Source of the DNA: Eimeria praecox
Taxonomy: Eukaryota
Direction: 5' to 3'
NCBI GenBank assembly: GCA_963920595.1
Contig: OY986950.1
Coordinates: 310,001-374,000, forward strand
DNA length: 64,000 nucleotides
Shown: positions 11,501 through 23,399 of the stretch, piece by piece
Numbering within the stretch: position 1 is the first letter of the stretch
How the letters are laid out: each line of letters begins with the position of its first letter
Program-made: the position numbers and the translations under genes
The notes under the pieces: model-generated
The model's input: only the letters and a program-made list of their open reading frames with translations
Databases searched by the model: none
What the model was told of the DNA's origin: nothing

Positions 11501-14500
11501 GAGGATCGGTGTTAAGCGTGTCAGACCATAAGGCAAGCGCAGACAGAAGGCCTTAGGGGTTTATAAAGAAATGCTTGCGGTGGCTTTCAGTGCATCATTG
11601 ACGGTTTGCCGCATGGGCTGCTGGTTTCCCCAGAAAGCGCTTAGGGAATGGGGGTTTGCTCGCACCGAGTGCACGTACAGCTCATTTTTTTGATAGGACT
11701 GTTGATGCCACTTAGGGCGGATATAAGGATATGGGTGCTCTTGGGGTGAGTTGCTGTCAGCCGTGCTGAGCCGCTTTGAGGTTGCTCGAGATCGTGCAGC
11801 AGTACATCTGCGGCTGTTAGTGGTTGTGCTGGAAACAGCCTTCACAGCCAGTGGGTTTGCAATTTGTGTATCTGCACAGTGCAGCGGTGTTAGACGGCGA
11901 CTTGGAGGGCTCCGGGCATGCGCTGCGCAAAAGGGGGACTAACTGCTGGTGCAGGCTGCCGTCAGCTAGCAAATTGGATTCAAGCTGTTGCCGAAGCACG
12001 CTAGCCCTTTGGGGTTCTGGTGCAGCGGTGTGAATCTGTGAATAAGACGCTTCGCTGCATCTCAGGCGAGTGCGACGCCGAAATAGGACCGGTGTGTGTC
12101 CGGTGCCTATGGATATGAAAGGAAGTGCGCTGGGTAGTATTGCTGTGTTTCTTTGTATTTGCATGCGCAGCAGAAAGGAGTGAGCAATCTTGCAGTTACT
12201 CTCTGGCATAGTGCCGACGGGTTGGTCCTGCACGCGAAACGGTGTGGGGGAAGGCCATGCGTTTAGAAGATGCGTTTAGTTAGCAGTCATGAAAAGGGTG
12301 CATTGTCGGAGAAGGAGAGATGCGCTGGTCTGGCGAGTGGAGGGTTGCGCTCACTGGACCCGAGTGGCGAATGGAAACAGCAAGCGACGTAGGGTGAGCG
12401 GCAGGTGGCACGGCTGAGCTCAGTAGCCTAGCAGAGGCAGTTGTGAGGTGGCGAGCGGACAAGTGTGGGATGCAGTGTGGCAGCAGGCCTAGAGCGCCAG
12501 ACAGAGCTTTCACAAGGCTGGTGCTTTTACCAGTGCATGCTGAGTTATGCTGCAGCGTTAACAGCGTGTTTGCAGGCCTATGCCACGTTGCTGTACTTGG
12601 CATTCAGGTGTGCATGCAAAGGGGCATTCCGCTAGTAACGACGAAACCATGTGCTGCGGTATATTAGTGAGGATCGGTGTTAAGCGTGTCAGACCATAAG
12701 GCAAGCGCAGACAGAAGGCCTTAGGGGTTTATAAAGAAATGCTTGCGGTGGCTTTCAGTGCATCATTGACGGTTTGCCGCATGGGCTGCTGGTTTCCCCA
12801 GAAAGCGCTTAGGGAATGGGGGTTTGCTCGCGCCGAGTGCACGTACAGCTCATTTTTTTGATAGGACTGTTGATGCCACTTAGGGCGGATATAAGGATAT
12901 GGGTGCTCTTGGGGTGAGTTGCTGTCAGCCGTGCTGAGCCGCTTTGAGGTTGCTCGAGATCGTGCAGCAGTACATCTGCGGCTGTTAGTGGTTGTGCTGG
13001 AAACAGCCTTCACAGCCAGTGGGTTTGCAATTTGTGTATCTGCACAGTGCAGCGGTGTTAGACGGCGACTTGGAGGGCTCCGGGCATGCGCTGCGCAAAA
13101 GGGGGACTAACTGCTGGTGCAGGCTGCCGTCAGCTAGCAAATTGGATTCAAGCTGTTGCCGAAGCACGCTAGCCCTTTGGGGTTCTGGTGCAGCGGTGTG
13201 AATCTGTGAATAAGACGCTTCGCTGCATCTCAGGCGAGTGCGACGCCGAAATAGGACCGGTGTGTGTCCGGTGCCTATGGATATGAAAGGAAGTGCGCTG
13301 GGTAGTATTGCTGTGTTTCTTTGTATTTGCATGCGCAGCAGAAAGGAGTGAGCAATCTTGCAGTTACTCTCTGGCATAGTGCCGACGGGTTGGTCCTGCA
13401 CGCGAAACGGTGTGGGGGAAGGCCATGCGTTTAGAAGATGCGTTTAGTTAGCAGTCATGAAAAGGGTGCATTGTCGGAGAAGGAGAGATGCGCTGGTCTG
13501 GCGAGTGGAGGGTTGCGCTCACTGGACCCGAGTGGCGGATGGAAACAGCAAGCGACGTAGGGTGAGCGGCAGGTGGCACGGCTGAGCTCAGTAGCCTAGC
13601 AGAGGCAGTTGTGAGGTGGCGAGCGGACAAGTGTGGGATGCAGTGTGGCAGCAGGCCTAGAGCGCCAGACAGAGCTTTCACAAGGCTGGTGCTTTTACCA
13701 GTGCATGCTGAGTTATGCTGCAGCGTTAACAGCGTGTTTGCAGGCCTATGCCACGTTGCTGTACTTGGCATTCAGGTGTGCATGCAAAGGGGCATTCCGC
13801 TAGTAACGACGAAACCATGTGCTGCGGTATATTAGTGAGGATCGGTGTTAAGCGTGTCAGACCATAAGGCAAGCGCAGACAGAAGGCCTTAGGGGTTTAT
13901 AAAGAAATGCTTGCGGTGGCTTTCAGTGCATCATTGACGGTTTGCCGCATGGGCTGCTGGTTTCCCCAGAAAGCGCTTAGGGAATGGGGGTTTGCTCGCG
14001 CCGAGTGCACGTACAGCTCATTTTTTAGATAGGACTGTTGATGCCACTTAGGGCGGATATAAGGATATGGGTGCTCTTGGGGTGAGTTGCTGTCAGCCGT
14101 GCTGAGCCGCTTTGAGGTTGCTCGAGATCGTGCAGCAGTACATCTGCGGCTGTTAGTGGTTGTGCTGGAAACAGCCTTCACAGCCAGTGGGTTTGCAATT
14201 TGTGTATCTGCACAGTGCAGCGGTGTTAGACGGCGACTTGGAGGGCTCCGGGCATGCGCTGCGCAAAAGGGGGACTAACTGCTGGTGCAGGCTGCCGTCA
14301 GCTAGCAAATTGGATTCAAGCTGTTGCCGAAGCACGCTAGCCCTTTGGGGTTCTGGTGCAGCGGTGTGAATCTGTGAATAAGACGCTTCGCTGCATCTCA
14401 GGCGAGTGCGACGCCGAAATAGGACCGGTGTGTGTCCGGTGCCTATGGATATGAAAGGAAGTGCGCTGGGTAGTATTGCTGTGTTTCTTTGTATTTGCAT

Positions 14501-17138
14501 GCGCAGCAGAAAGGAGTGAGCAATCTTGCAGTTACTCTCTGGCATAGTGCCGACGGGTTGGTCCTGCACGCGAAACGGTGTGGGGGAAGGCCATGCGTTT
14601 AGAAGATGCGTTTAGTTAGCAGTCATGAAAAGGGTGCATTGTCGGAGAAGGAGAGATGCGCTGGTCTGGCGAGTGGAGGGTTGCGCTCACTGGACCCGAG
14701 TGGCGGATGGAAACAGCAAGCGACGTAGGGTGAGCGGCAGGTGGCACGGCTGAGCTCAGTAGCCTAGCAGAGGCAGTTGTGAGGTGGCGAGCGGACAAGT
14801 GTGGGATGCAGTGTGGCAGCAGGCCTAGAGCGCCAGACAGAGCTTTCACAAGGCTGGTGCTTTTACCAGTGCATGCTGAGTTATGCTGCAGCGTTAACAG
14901 CGTGTTTGCAGGCCTATGCCACGTTGCTGTACTTGGCATTCAGGTGTGCATGCAAAGGGGCATTCCGCTAGTAACGACGAAACCATGTGCTGCGGTATAT
15001 TAGTGAGGATCGGTGTTAAGCGTGTCAGACCATAAGGCAAGCGCAGACAGAAGGCCTTAGGGGTTTATAAAGAAATGCTTGCGGTGGCTTTCAGTGCATC
15101 ATTGACGGTTTGCCGCATGGGCTGCTGGTTTCCCCAGAAAGCGCTTAGGGAATGGGGGTTTGCTCGCGCCGAGTGCACGTACAGCTCATTTTTTAGATAG
15201 GACTGTTGATGCCACTTAGGGCGGATATAAGGATATGGGTGCTCTTGGGGTGAGTTGCTGTCAGCCGTGCTGAGCCGCTTTGAGGTTGCTCGAGATCGTG
15301 CAGCAGTACATCTGCGGCTGTTAGTGGTTGTGCTGGAAACAGCCTTCACAGCCAGTGGGTTTGCAATTTGTGTATCTGCACAGTGCAGCGGTGTTAGACG
15401 GCGACTTGGAGGGCTCCGGGCATGCGCTGCGCAAAAGGGGGACTAACTGCTGGTGCAGGCTGCCGTCAGCTAGCAAATTGGATTCAAGCTGTTGCCGAAG
15501 CACGCTAGCCCTTTGGGGTTCTGGTGCAGCGGTGTGAATCTGTGAATAAGACGCTTCGCTGCATCTCAGGCGAGTGCGACGCCGAAATAGGACCGGTGTG
15601 TGTCCGGTGCCTATGGATATGAAAGGAAGTGCGCTGGGTAGTATTGCTGTGTTTCTTTGTATTTGCATGCGCAGCAGAAAGGAGTGAGCAATCTTGCAGT
15701 TACTCTCTGGCATAGTGCCGACGGGTTGGTCCTGCACGCGAAACGGTGTGGGGGAAGGCCATGCGTTTAGAAGATGCGTTTAGTTAGCAGTCATGAAAAG
15801 GGTGCATTGTCGGAGAAGGAGAGATGCGCTGGTCTGGCGAGTGGAGGGTTGCGCTCACTGGACCCGAGTGGCGGATGGAAACAGCAAGCGACGTAGGGTG
15901 AGCGGCAGGTGGCACGGCTGAGCTCAGTAGCCTAGCAGAGGCAGTTGTGAGGTGGCGAGCGGACAAGTGTGGGATGCAGTGTGGCAGCAGGCCTAGAGCG
16001 CCAGACAGAGCTTTCACAAGGCTGGTGCTTTTACCAGTGCATGCTGAGTTATGCTGCAGCGTTAACAGCGTGTTTGCAGGCCTATGCCACGTTGCTGTAC
16101 TTGGCATTCAGGTGTGCATGCAAAGGGGCATTCCGCTAGTAACGACGAAACCATGTGCTGCGGTATATTAGTGAGGATCGGTGTTAAGCGTGTCAGACCA
16201 TAAGGCAAGCGCAGACAGAAGGCCTTAGGGGTTTATAAAGAAATGCTTGCGGTGGCTTTCAGTGCATCATTGACGGTTTGCCGCATGGGCTGCTGGTTTC
16301 CCCAGAAAGCGCTTAGGGAATGGGGGTTTGCTCGCGCCGAGTGCACGTACAGCTCATTTTTTAGATAGGACTGTTGATGCCACTTAGGGCGGATATAAGG
16401 ATATGGGTGCTCTTGGGGTGAGTTGCTGTCAGCCGTGCTGAGCCGCTTTGAGGTTGCTCGAGATCGTGCAGCAGTACATCTGCGGCTGTTAGTGGTTGTG
16501 CTGGAAACAGCCTTCACAGCCAGTGGGTTTGCAATTTGTGTATCTGCACAGTGCAGCGGTGTTAGACGGCGACTTGGAGGGCTCCGGGCATGCGCTGCGC
16601 AAAAGGGGGACTAACTGCTGGTGCAGGCTGCCGTCAGCTAGCAAATTGGATTCAAGCTGTTGCCGAAGCACGCTAGCCCTTTGGGGTTCTGGTGCAGCGG
16701 TGTGAATCTGTGAATAAGACGCTTCGCTGCATCTCAGGCGAGTGCGACGCCGAAATAGGACCGGTGTGTGTCCGGTGCCTATGGATATGAAAGGAAGTGC
16801 GCTGGGTAGTATTGCTGTGTTTCTTTGTATTTGCATGCGCAGCAGAAAGGAGTGAGCAATCTTGCAGTTACTCTCTGGCATAGTGCCGACGGGTTGGTCC
16901 TGCACGCGAAACGGTGTGGGGGAAGGCCATGCGTTTAGAAGATGCGTTTAGTTAGCAGTCATGAAAAGGGTGCATTGTCGGAGAAGGAGAGATGCGCTGG
17001 TCTGCCGAGTGGAGGGTTGCGCTCACTGGACCCGAGTGGCGGATGGAAACAGCAAGCGACGTAGGGTGAGCGGCAGGTGGCACGGCTGAGCTCAGTAGCC
17101 TAGCAGAGGCAGTTGTGGGGTGGCGAGCGATGTGTGGG
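8584..17138. repeat. Tandem array, 1168-bp unit, ~7.3 near-identical copies
   Basis: Equivalent ORFs at 8776, 9944, 11112, 12280, 13448, 14616, 15784, 16952 (exact 1168 spacing), with only a handful of SNPs between units. It lies immediately upstream of the protease remnant, so it may be gag-derived (weak). Confidence 0.98.
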
Positions 17139-17145
17139 TTCTTCG

Positions 17146-19065
17146 CCCACAGAGACAACCGACAGCTCGACAGAGGCTGCTGTTGGTGGCTGCCAGCATG
17201 CGGGGTATATAGCGAGTGCGTGCCGTTTCAAACCCATTTGGCCTTGCTGTCTTTGCGTAAAGTGATTGGCTCCCTATACTTGCCTACTTAGTGAACAGTC
17301 AGGTCGTTGCCTTCCCTGCAGGTTAAGGAGCAGGGGGAGATGGGCTGTAGCATTTGCTCTTGCTACGTTCTGGGTAGCACTCTAAGGGCACCAGGATGTG
17401 TGCAGAATCAACGTAGAAAAGCTTGTGGGGTTTAGCAACAGTTTGAGGATTTGCAGGAGGTCCTGGTGTAGTGCTGCGTGTCAAGTGCGCCTTGATCAGA
17501 ACTCAGTAGGTCTCGCTGAAGGAACCCATTGAAAACATTAGGTGCCTGGGATGCCTTCTCGCAGCACTGCACATGCAATTCCCACACACAACCGACTGCT
17601 CCACAGCGGCTGCTGTTGGTGGCTGCCAGCATGCGGGGTATATAGCGAGTGCGTGCCGTTTCAAACCCATTTGGCCTTGCTGTCTTTGCGTAAAGTGATT
17701 GGCTCCCTATACTTGCCTACTTAGTGAACAGTCAGGTCGTTGCCTTCCCTGCAGGTTAAGGAGCAGGGGGAGATGGGCTGTAGCATTTGCTCTTGCTACG
17801 TTCTGGGTAGCACTCTAAGGGCACCAGGATGTGTGCAGAATCAACGTAGAAAAGCTTGTGGGGTTTAGCAACAGTTTGAGGATTTGCAGGAGGTCCTAGT
17901 GTAGTGCTGCGTGTCAAGTGCGCCTTGATCAGAACTCAGTAGGTCTCGCTGAAGGAACCCATTGAAAACATTAGGTGCCTGGGATGCCTTCTCGCAGCAC
18001 TGCACATGCAATTCCCACACACAACCGACTGCTCCACAGCGGCTGCCGTTGGTGGCTGCCAGCATGCGGGGTATATAGCGAGTGCGTGCCGTTTCAAACC
18101 CATTTGGCCTTGCTATCTTTGCGTAAAGTGATTGGCTCCCTATACTTACCTACTTAGTGAACAGTCAGGTCGTTGCCTTCCCTGCAGGTTAAGGAGCAGG
18201 GGGAGATGGGCTGTAACATTTGCTCTTGCTAAGTTCTGGGTAGCACTCTAAGGGCACCAGGATGTCTGCAGAACCAACGTAGAAAAGCTTGTGGGGTTTA
18301 GCAACAGTTTAAGGATTTGCAGGAGGTCCTGGGGCAGTGCTGCGTGTCAAGTGCGCCTTGATCGGAACTCAGTAGGTCTCGCTGAAGGAACCCATTGAAA
18401 ACATTAGGTGCCTGGGATGCCTTCTCGCAGCACTGCACATGCAATTCCCAGACACAACCGGCAGAGCCACAGCGGCTGCCGTTGGTGGCTGCCAGCATGC
18501 GGGGTATATAGCGAGTGCGTGCCGTTTCAAACCCATTTGGCCTTGCTATCTTTGCGTAAAGTGATTGGCTCCCTATACTTGCCTACTTAGTGAACAGTCA
18601 GGTTGTTGCCTTCCCTGCAGGTTAAGGAGCAGGGGGAGATGGGCTGTAGCATTTGCTCTTGCTACGTTCTGGGTAGCACTCTAAGGGCACCAGGATGCCT
18701 GCAGAACCAACGTAGAAAAGCTTGTGGGGTTTAGCAACAGTTTGAGGATTTGCAGGAGGTCCTGGTGTAGTGCTGCCTGTCACGTGCGCCTTGATCAGAA
18801 CTCAGTGGGTCGCGCTGAAGGAACCCATTGAAAACATTAGGTGCCTGGGATGCCTTCTCGCAGCACTGCACATGCAATTCCCACACACAACCGACTGCTC
18901 CACAGCGGCTGCCGTTGGTGGCTGCCAGCATGCGGGGTATATAGCGAGTGCGTGCCGTTTCAAGCCCATTTGGCCTTGCTGTCTTTGCTTAAAGTGATTG
19001 GCTCCCTATACTTGCCTACTTAGTGAACAGTCAGGTTGTTGCCTTCCCTGCAGGTTAAGCAGCAG
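17146..19065. repeat. Tandem array, 433-bp unit, ~4.4 copies
   Basis: Equivalent ORFs at 17432/17865/18298/18731; GGCTGC(T/C)GTTGGTGGCTGCCAGC at 17175, 17608 and onward. Confidence 0.97.
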
Positions 19066-22000
19066 TACGGAATCCGCGTGGGGGTTGAATTTGTCCAAAT
19101 TAGCTGGAAGCGCGGACAGCTCGATATGGTGCCCAGTGGGATATTGGCAACGGTGAATACCTGCGCGTGAGGACCACGGGTGCGCCATTAGAGGAGCGGG
19201 GCGGCCACTATGGCAGCATCGATAACAGCTGCAGGCGCATGTATGAATTGAGCGTTTTAGGCTTCCTGCCCCTTTTCGAAATGTGCAGGGGATTCACGTT
19301 CAAGCTTGGACTGCGTATTGCAATTAACTGTTTTGGTGCATGGCATGCTTCCCACGCAGAACTGAGACCTGAGACAGACTGTACGTGCAGGATCCATGCG
19401 ACATGCAAACCTAATTTGCTGTGAACCGAAATGTTTCATGCAAATAGTGCATATAGATGGTGCAGCGTTTGAATCCTGTGGGACCTGGAAAGCCATGCTC
19501 GCGTTCACAAGGCTCAATCCAGTGGCATTAGGATTTATTCGTCTTGTGCACGGCGTTGAGAAACATATATATTGGAAAATAACAAAGGTGCTATCACAAA
19601 CCATGTAACATGCGGCTTTCCCAAGAATGCCAAGTCAGCAGCCACCTCGTGTGTGATACCGAGACACAGATGCATGGCGATACAGAGTGCCAATATAAGG
19701 ATTTTAACCTCAGAAGTAGGTTTTATCGGTTACGCCGCCAAATTAGACAGCGTTAGATGGCCCAGTAAGCGGCTACGCTTGTCAAGCGTTGGCTCCTGGA
19801 TATGTTGGTGCCACCAAACAGTGGTGACACTCCTACGCGGACCGCCTGACTCTAATTTAATTAAACGTCTTTCAAAAGTTGTAATATATTTTAGGCGGAC
19901 TTGTCCTTGCACTCAGTGACGACAATAAACAAAACTGTACGTGCTTTCTGAAGTAGAAGAGGCGCCTACCCTGCTGCGAAGTGTCCAGCATTTGTGGCCT
20001 GCCATGAAAAGATTTTGTCTTTGAAAGATTGTATGCTGTAGTCAAACGTGCAAACGTGGCTTCTGCATATTCTTAAGATGCAGATTAAATGCACCCCTGC
20101 CAATTTGAACGCCGCTGAGCCCATCAGCTCAAATTCATGCAGCTTCCTACCGGGCGAGGTAGTTTGGGCTGAACCCTCCGTGATATCCTTCTTCAGAAGC
20201 CGCTCACACTAGCAGAGGATATGAAGATACACTCCCATGCAGCTCACTTGGCGTCCTTACTGTTTGCTCGATTATCAGTATAGGCCAGTTAATTTTGCAG
20301 GGTACTTTTAAGGCATGCGTGATTCACTTCTGTGGCCGGGCACTCCCTTTCAATTCTGCACTGAGCATAACAAGCGTTTTCACAGTATGCAGCTTCTTGC
20401 CTGCGACAGCTTTAGATATTTTTGGTTACTTTATTAGAACCGGCCGTTTTGTTTGCGGTGGCAGCTGCAGCAGTTAACGCGGCGCTGTGGCTGCCGAAGC
20501 GGTGATACCGAGAATGCAAGATCTTTTGTTTGCAGTGCTGCAGTGGTATTGTTGCGGACAAAGGCAGAATCGCATACCACCGTTATTGGCTTCTGTGGTG
20601 TCTGCTCGACGTTCGAAAGAACAAAGCCTAAAAGCAGAAGTGCAGGCCCGTGCAAAAACGCATCTGCGCCTTCGCCCCTTCACTTAACGGCGGCCAATAC
20701 CTCAACGTATATAAAACAGAGCTTAAATTGCTAATTTTGCGTTGTATACTTTTGCGAGTGACATGAACAGTGCTAGGGTTCTATTTGAACATCATACAAG
20801 GCCTGCGTACATTCTTCCATGCACTTCCACCCCAAACTGGGCTGTAATTGTCAACCCGCGCGCGCTTTCACGAACACAACAGCGGGTGAGCGTTTATTGC
20901 TAGCATCTAGGTATCTGGCATGCATTGTGCCTTTCGTAGCAAATGAGGAGCAGCTCGGTTTCGTTATTAATCCCAGGTAATATATATGCTGCAATGCGTT
21001 GGTGTCTTTCTCTGTTGCGGTAGTGGTTGAGATGGGGGTATCGCCTGCACAGTATGCCGAGCTATAATATGCTTTTATTGCGCATCATGCCCCTTCGCCA
21101 CACCTTTCCATATTTATGTTCGCGATCCCTTGATTGTCATTACTTTTATTGTTTAAGCGAGCGTTTCTAGTTGCATTTGGTCAACTGAATTACTGGAGGT
21201 AGCTAACGGTAATTAGAATTTTGTTGATGGGTTCGGGAACTTGCATAGACTGCTTCGGAAGATGAACAAAGCCAACGTCCACTATACAATAACAAGTGCC
21301 CGTGACGTGCGTTCCCTGTGGAACGCGACACTGCATCAGACCTGACGCTTGTGACGTAAATAATTCAAGCCTGCCCATAACACGGTGCAGTCTTACTAGC
21401 AGAACGCACCGGCAGCGAAGCACACAAGCACAGCCGTCCAAAGGCAAGTGGAGGCAACCATTGAAATCGCTTTTAGCTTTTGCAGTGCCTCACATTCGAG
21501 GGGGGTTGCCGTCCCAAGAGACTTATGCGTTGTGAAGCGTGATGAGAAAGCTTGCTCTGAAGCGCCTTTTGGCGTATTGCTTCTCATCCATGCTGTTAAG
21601 GGGGTGCGATACAGAAAATCTTTACGTTTCCGTGTATCAAAACAAAACCAAAAGCCCAATGCCTTCCAATACCGCTGCTAAGCAGGTCAGACCAAAATGC
21701 CTTGCTTTGACGGGGAGCATCCCAGGTTCCTTTGGAAGCGCCTGTATGCGTAGACATATAACCACTCATATATGCTTCTCAAAACTAATGAGGCTCCTAC
21801 AATGCCTGTTGTCCTATGGGGGAGCCCATGACTCATGGGCATGAATTTAACAAGTTTGTCGCCTTGGGCGCAATCAGCTGCAGCCGTCTCGTAGGAAAAT
21901 TTGATGAGCTGCTCCATGCTTAGTCTCGGGTACGGTGGGTACTGTTTCTACAGCTGGTGAGCTACCAGTCACGCCACGGACAGGTTTCGATACCGGCAGG

Positions 22001-22700
22001 GCTGAATTCAGAACAAATGCACTTTGTACCTTCAGTATGTCGTGGAGATTTCAAGCAGCTGGCAATATGACAGTGGTAAGGAGCGGATCGCTCGGAGGGT
22101 GAGACCAACCGGCTGATATTCCTAAAGGCAGAAACTGCTCTTCCTTGTGGAAGTAGAAAGCTTCAAACCACTGCAAAGCTACTACCGTAGAAAGGTGAAA
22201 TGTGGGGGAGAGAACGAAAGCACACAACCACACACCAATTTGGTTCCACTGAGGTGTTACAGTCCTTCGGCAGTCTAAAGCTTAACTCTAATGGCTTGAT
22301 GCGAGTAGCTTCCCGCACCATACGGGCAGTGAGACACAGCACTGTGGACACACTCTGGGAATAACTGTTTTCTTCTTTCAGACTAGACCCTGCCCATCTT
22401 CAATCCTCAGCGCGTGCGCCCCACTTACAGAAGAAGAGCCAATGCCCTTAGTATTTTGGTTTCACCAGCGGGGAGAGTGCGGTAGACCATTCTGTGTTTG
22501 GGTTTAGTTTGCGCAGCTCCACGCAGCATACGGTTGCGCATATGATAGATTTTGAGTGCTTAATACGATAAAGCATTACTGTATGAGCATTTCCATCCCT
22601 TTTCACTGTTAGTCGAAGTGCAAGCTTTTCAGTTCGAGAATACCAATTTGCCCTTGTATAGTAGAGCAAGCTACGCTAGTGCCCGCCAATCTACAGGGAC
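19066..22700 (-). mobile_element. Decayed Ty3/gypsy pol remnant (RNase H, integrase, C-terminal region); boundaries approximate
   Basis: Minus strand: RLELFTSQASG (~F.LYTDASG, ~21350), RRLIKLESGGP (~RLIR.HG.P, ~19860), NATGLSL (~STG.SPF), QFCVG...SKLERESPAHF (~F.VGD...KL.PRF.GPF, ~19300), LSALPANL (~YRL.LP, ~19100). Confidence 0.5.
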
Positions 22701-23399
22701 AGGAGGGATTTGCAGGAGAAAACACACATCAGGAAGTCCGTTTTAGGCGTTTAATGGTGGCCACAGAAACCAGACAACCTAGGGAGGCTGCGGAACACTA
22801 CTTGTGTTGCCGCAAATCCAAGTTTGAGCGCATTTCTCATGCAAGGGCTCCAGAGGAGTTCCTTCGGTGGGCGAACGCTAACTATCAGTTACAACCCATG
22901 CTCTGTGTTGCTTATATTCCGTGTGCATTTCTGAATATCAACGCATATTGGTACACCTAGTGCATCCGATAATTTGGTGCATGCGGAGACGCTATGCAAT
23001 TGCTCGTGAGATAACGCTGCCACAGACACCTGGAGTGCCCAGTCCTCGCACCCCGTTAGGCGCGCCCAGCGCCGAGGTGAAGAAGTGGTTCTTGATTTGA
23101 TGGTGCCTTTTCTTTGCCCATTAGGAAGTGTGTTGCTTTTCAGCATGGCGTTAAATACAGGCGTGCTTCGGTCGAAGCCCCCTGTAATAATGCCACGTGT
23201 TGTTCGTTTTTGAGTACTTTAGAAAACGGCGGTCATCCAGTGTAAAGCATAGGGCTCCGTTCTAGATAAAGAGAGTTTCACCATTGTATGCGGCGCTCAT
23301 CAAAGCGAATCTGCTGGCATTCGCTAAGCTATCGTGTGAGATATGTATGCTCGGCACCGCTGGAAAACGATGAAGAACGTGAGGCTCACCTATACGTTG

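Noticed and set aside
8584..19065. Tandem RNA-gene array (5S rRNA, tRNA, snRNA, spliced leader)
   Set aside because: No convincing 5S/tRNA A/B box or cloverleaf seen. GTTAAGCG near 9175 lacks the rest of the 5S pattern. An Infernal/Rfam scan would be decisive.
21824..21840. 17-bp near-palindrome GCCCATGACTCATGGGC
   Set aside because: 8-bp arms are expected by chance in 64 kb.
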